Origin: Macrostomum lignano
Taxonomy: Eukaryota
Length of the DNA: 64,000 nt
Direction: 5' to 3'
NCBI GenBank assembly: GCA_002269645.1
Contig: NIVC01000487.1
Location: 124,001 to 188,000 of the forward strand
This document shows positions 61,101-64,000 of the stretch, piece by piece. Below the pieces are notes generated by a model that did no database searches, had not been told where the DNA came from, and worked only from the letters and a program-made list of their open reading frames with translations. The translations under genes were made by a program, and so were the position numbers. The number at the start of each line of letters is the position of its first letter. Within the stretch, counting starts at the first letter, position 1.

Positions 61101-64000
61101 GAGAGGAGAGGAGAGGAGAGGAGAGGAGAGGAGAGGAGAGGAGAGGAGAGGAGAGGAGGAGGAGGAGAGGAGAGGAGAGGAGAGGAGAGGAGAGGAGAGG
61201 AGAGGAGAGGAGAGGAGAGGAGAGGAGAGGAGAGGAGAGGAGAGGAGAGGAGAGGAGAGGAGAGGAGGAGAGAGAGAGAGAGAGGAGAGGAGAGGAGAGG
61301 AGAGGAGAGGAGAGGAGAGGAGAGGAGAGGAGAGGAGAGGAGAGGAGAGGAGAGGAGAGGATGGGATAGTAGAGGAGAGGAGAAGAGAGGAGAGGAGGGA
61401 GGAGAGGAGAGGAGAAGAGAGGAGAGGAGGGGAGAAGAGAGGAGAGGAGAGGAGAGGAGAGGATGGGATAGTAGAGGAGAGGAGAAGAGAGGAGAGGAGG
61501 GGAGAGGAGAGGAGAGGAGAAGAGAGGAGAAGAGAGGAGAGGAGAGGAGAGGAGAGGAGAAGAGAGGAGAAGAGAGGAGAGGAGAGGAGGGGAGAGGAGA
61601 GGATGGGATAGTAGAGGAGAGGAGAGAAGAGGAGAGGAGAGAAGAAGAGAGGAGAGAAGAGGAGAGAGGAGAACTGAAAATAAACACAAACATTGAGCGG
61701 GCCGGATTGTTATTATAAAGTTCAAAGGTCCCGAGGTCCAGATACAGAGGCTTATACGCTCGTAGCGGGCCGCACGGGGACCGCAGGCCGGAGTCTGCCG
61801 ACCCCAGTTCTACGGGGTCTACCCTGATTGGCAAATTATCCCGGGAATCGAGCTCGGGTCCTCAGCCACGAACCTCCGGCAAAATGGCATGGATTTGCAT
61901 AGTAGCTCCAACCTCAGCTGCGTCAATTGATGCGGTCAGTGAAAGCTTTTTCTAAGAAAACAAAATTTGCAGGCCGTGAAACGCAAGGCTGCATGGGAAC
62001 GCAGGTCGCTGGTCACTTTGACCCGCAATGACCCGCGTCGATGTTTACACTCGCCGCTCGGATCGAATTCCGTCGTGGTACCCTCCACCCCCACCCACAA
62101 TTTTTCTCTGAACCACCTTGTTTGGGGAGGCTGGCGCTGGCGACAAAGGGAGAAAAATGCTATATTTTTTAAAAATGAGGGGCACTGCTGCGAGAAGATG
62201 GGCGACTGGAGACCATGCAGGCAAAAGAGAGGGTGAGAGAGATCGATCGACATCTACCCCCCCCCCGTTGTCCCCCTGTCATCGCCCCAATGGCCAACAT
62301 AGTGTCCAATGTTGATGGTGCTGAAGGGTCCAAGCCACCCCAGTTCAACTGCATGAAGCCAAGGAGATCCACAGCCAGAACTTAACTCTTGCCCAACCTT
62401 ACTTTTCAAACAACTGTCTTAAATTTTGGCTTAATAAATTTTTCACAAAATAAATTTGTATAGTTTCAATTTTTAAAGCTCAATACAATCTTCACATTAT
62501 CCGGTAGAGCAATACCCGGTATTCTGGTCAGGAGCTTTTAAAATACTATTTTTGCATTAAATCGGCCTAGTTGTCTGACAAAGAGTTGGCGACTCCAGAC
62601 TCCTGGGGTCTGGGTCTCCTTGACCCGGCGCATAGCACACTTCAGCCTTTTGTTGTTTAAATAAGCGGCACTGAAACAAGACCAGTTTACCGCACAGGAA
62701 ATGAAGAGAAAGTTGAATTGCTTTGCCACTTCGGTTTTGGCGGCTTGTTTATTGACTGTGGACCGAGTGACTGACATGAGTAAAAAAAGAAAGTGTTGCA
62801 TATCTGACCGTTTCTAAATTTTCTGTTGACATTGACAACACAACTTATACTGTAAGGTGGAAAACCAGTGAGGCGTCACCCATGGAAACTGGCTGCCCAT
62901 TAATGCCGATCACGGGTCACCGGTTTCTCATCTGATTATGCAACTTGCAGCTCCTCTCTTTGGCCGCCAGGTTAACCCGGTTTTTCCTATGATGGGGCCA
63001 GGCGGAGGCTGGAAAATTGATAAGAGAATGTCCTGTGCGCCAGATTCAGTTTGGTCTCAAATATTGGGCACAGGGTTTCGATTGAATTTGCGGGAGACTC
63101 CGCCCCAGGAGTTGATTACATTATGCTTACAGATTCCTGAAATTCGAGTAATACCAATATTTCCTTGACTCTACTAACTCTAAGTAGTGTTTAAAGAAAA
63201 TAAAAACTATTTTGTTTCTTGTTTCTTCTGCAACGTACTTATTTCTTAGAATCAGTAGCATTTTATGGTCCTTTTGACGTTTTCATCCTTTAAATATAAG
63301 ACATTTTTGTTCCTCAATTAGGCTAACAATTATGAAAATTTAGTAATGTTGAATTTGAAATGCATCAATACTTTAACAAGCATCAGTTAAAGGACAATTT
63401 TTTTTTATAAAATTGTTATTGAAGTTTCAACTTCCAAATTCCATATTCCATATTCAAAATCCATATTCCATATTCCGTATTTCATATTCCATATTCCATA
63501 TTCCATATTCCATATTCCATATTCCATACTCCATATTCCACATTCCATATTCCATATTCCACATTCCATATTCCACATTCCATATTCCATATTCCACATT
63601 CCATATTCCATATTTCATACTCCATATTCCGTTTCCCATACCCCGCACACCGGCTCACCAGCATGGGCAGGTGGTTAAAGAAGAACGCGATGGCGTTGGC
63701 CAGGCTGGTCACCCGCCAGGCCTCCCAGGCGTGCTTGCGCGCGTCGAACTCCGCCGAGAGGCGCAGCTGCTGGCCGGGCTTCGTCGATACGGCACTACCG
63801 CCGCCACCGTCGTCTGAGCCGCCGCCGCTGCCACCGGCGCTGCTACCAACAATGCGAGTGACCATCTCCTGAGCTGGATGGCGAGCTCGTCGCAGGTGCA
63901 AGAAGCTGTCCAGACTGCAGGCTGCGCAGATGAAGCCGGAGGCTGCGTTGCAAGCGCCGATGATCATCGAGTAGGTGAAGTCCAGCTGGCTGGGCAGAAA
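58179..64000 (-). CDS. Partial divergent 7TM (GPCR-like) receptor, 3' exons only; join(complement(63659..>64000),complement(60744..60909),complement(58179..59206))
   Basis: GT-AG introns with matching phases (0,1). TM5-like FLPSQLDFTYSMIIGACNAASGFICAAC, Gly/Ser loop, TM6-like RVTSLANAIAFFFNHLPMLILDF, TM7-like EYIILLLLETIVLPNSLWAVAV, basic helix-8-like RYRH, then a ~345-aa acidic low-complexity tail. The receptor call rests on hydrophobic pattern and the FxxxxLP motif only. Confidence 0.68.
60042..60338 (+). mobile_element. tRNA-derived CORE-type SINE (5'-truncated), intronic
   Basis: tRNA-like head CCTAGTGGTTAGAGCG...GGTTCGATTCCC (B-box 60083). Segment 60111-60173 (TTTGTGTCCTTGAGCAAGACGCTTAAC...TCAGTTCACCCAGCTGTAAAATGGG) resembles the MIR CORE domain. 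TTATT-type tail. Confidence 0.8.
60405..60710. repeat. Intronic minisatellite, 56-bp unit
   Basis: Period 56 (60489/60545), about 5 copies. Confidence 0.92.
61045..61807 (-). mobile_element. hAT/Charlie-like element head plus (CTCTC)n expansion, intronic
   Basis: The minus strand begins CTGGGGTCGGCAGACTCCGGCCTGCGG...CTCGGGACCTTTGAACTTTATAAT, homologous to 38107 and 3983, followed by a ~630-bp pentamer tract. Confidence 0.6.
63430..63630. repeat. (TATTCCA)n heptamer repeat, intronic
   Basis: About 28 copies next to the splice donor at 63658. Confidence 0.93.

Overview
Eukaryotic (animal) genomic DNA. Short GC-rich exons sit among about 40 tandem-repeat arrays (units 5-56 bp) that fill large introns and intergenic space. 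This architecture resembles the flatworm Macrostomum, but the taxon is an inference only. Five genes are supported. (1,2) Two ~98% identical single-exon achaete-scute (ASCL-type) bHLH genes form a convergent inverted duplication (arms 235-1268 and 12555-13604). (3) A 6-exon, 218-aa degenerate EF-hand-like gene (22424-25225) with a TATA box, reconstructed by hand and not given intact by the ORF track. (4) An 8-exon, 545-aa sphingosine-1-phosphate-lyase-like PLP enzyme (29170-33306) with a non-canonical HENALNP signature. (5) A single-exon secreted, probably GPI-anchored protein with two Cys-rich repeats (49703-50659). The last three exons of a divergent 7TM-receptor-like gene run off the right end on the minus strand. 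Mobile DNA includes two copies of a tRNA-derived SINE, a CORE-type SINE, hAT-like non-autonomous elements and foldback elements built of 16-bp subrepeats. Most long ORFs in the supplied track are artefacts of repeat arrays. No CRISPR, rRNA or bona fide tRNA genes were found. Repeat boundaries are approximate and were read by eye.
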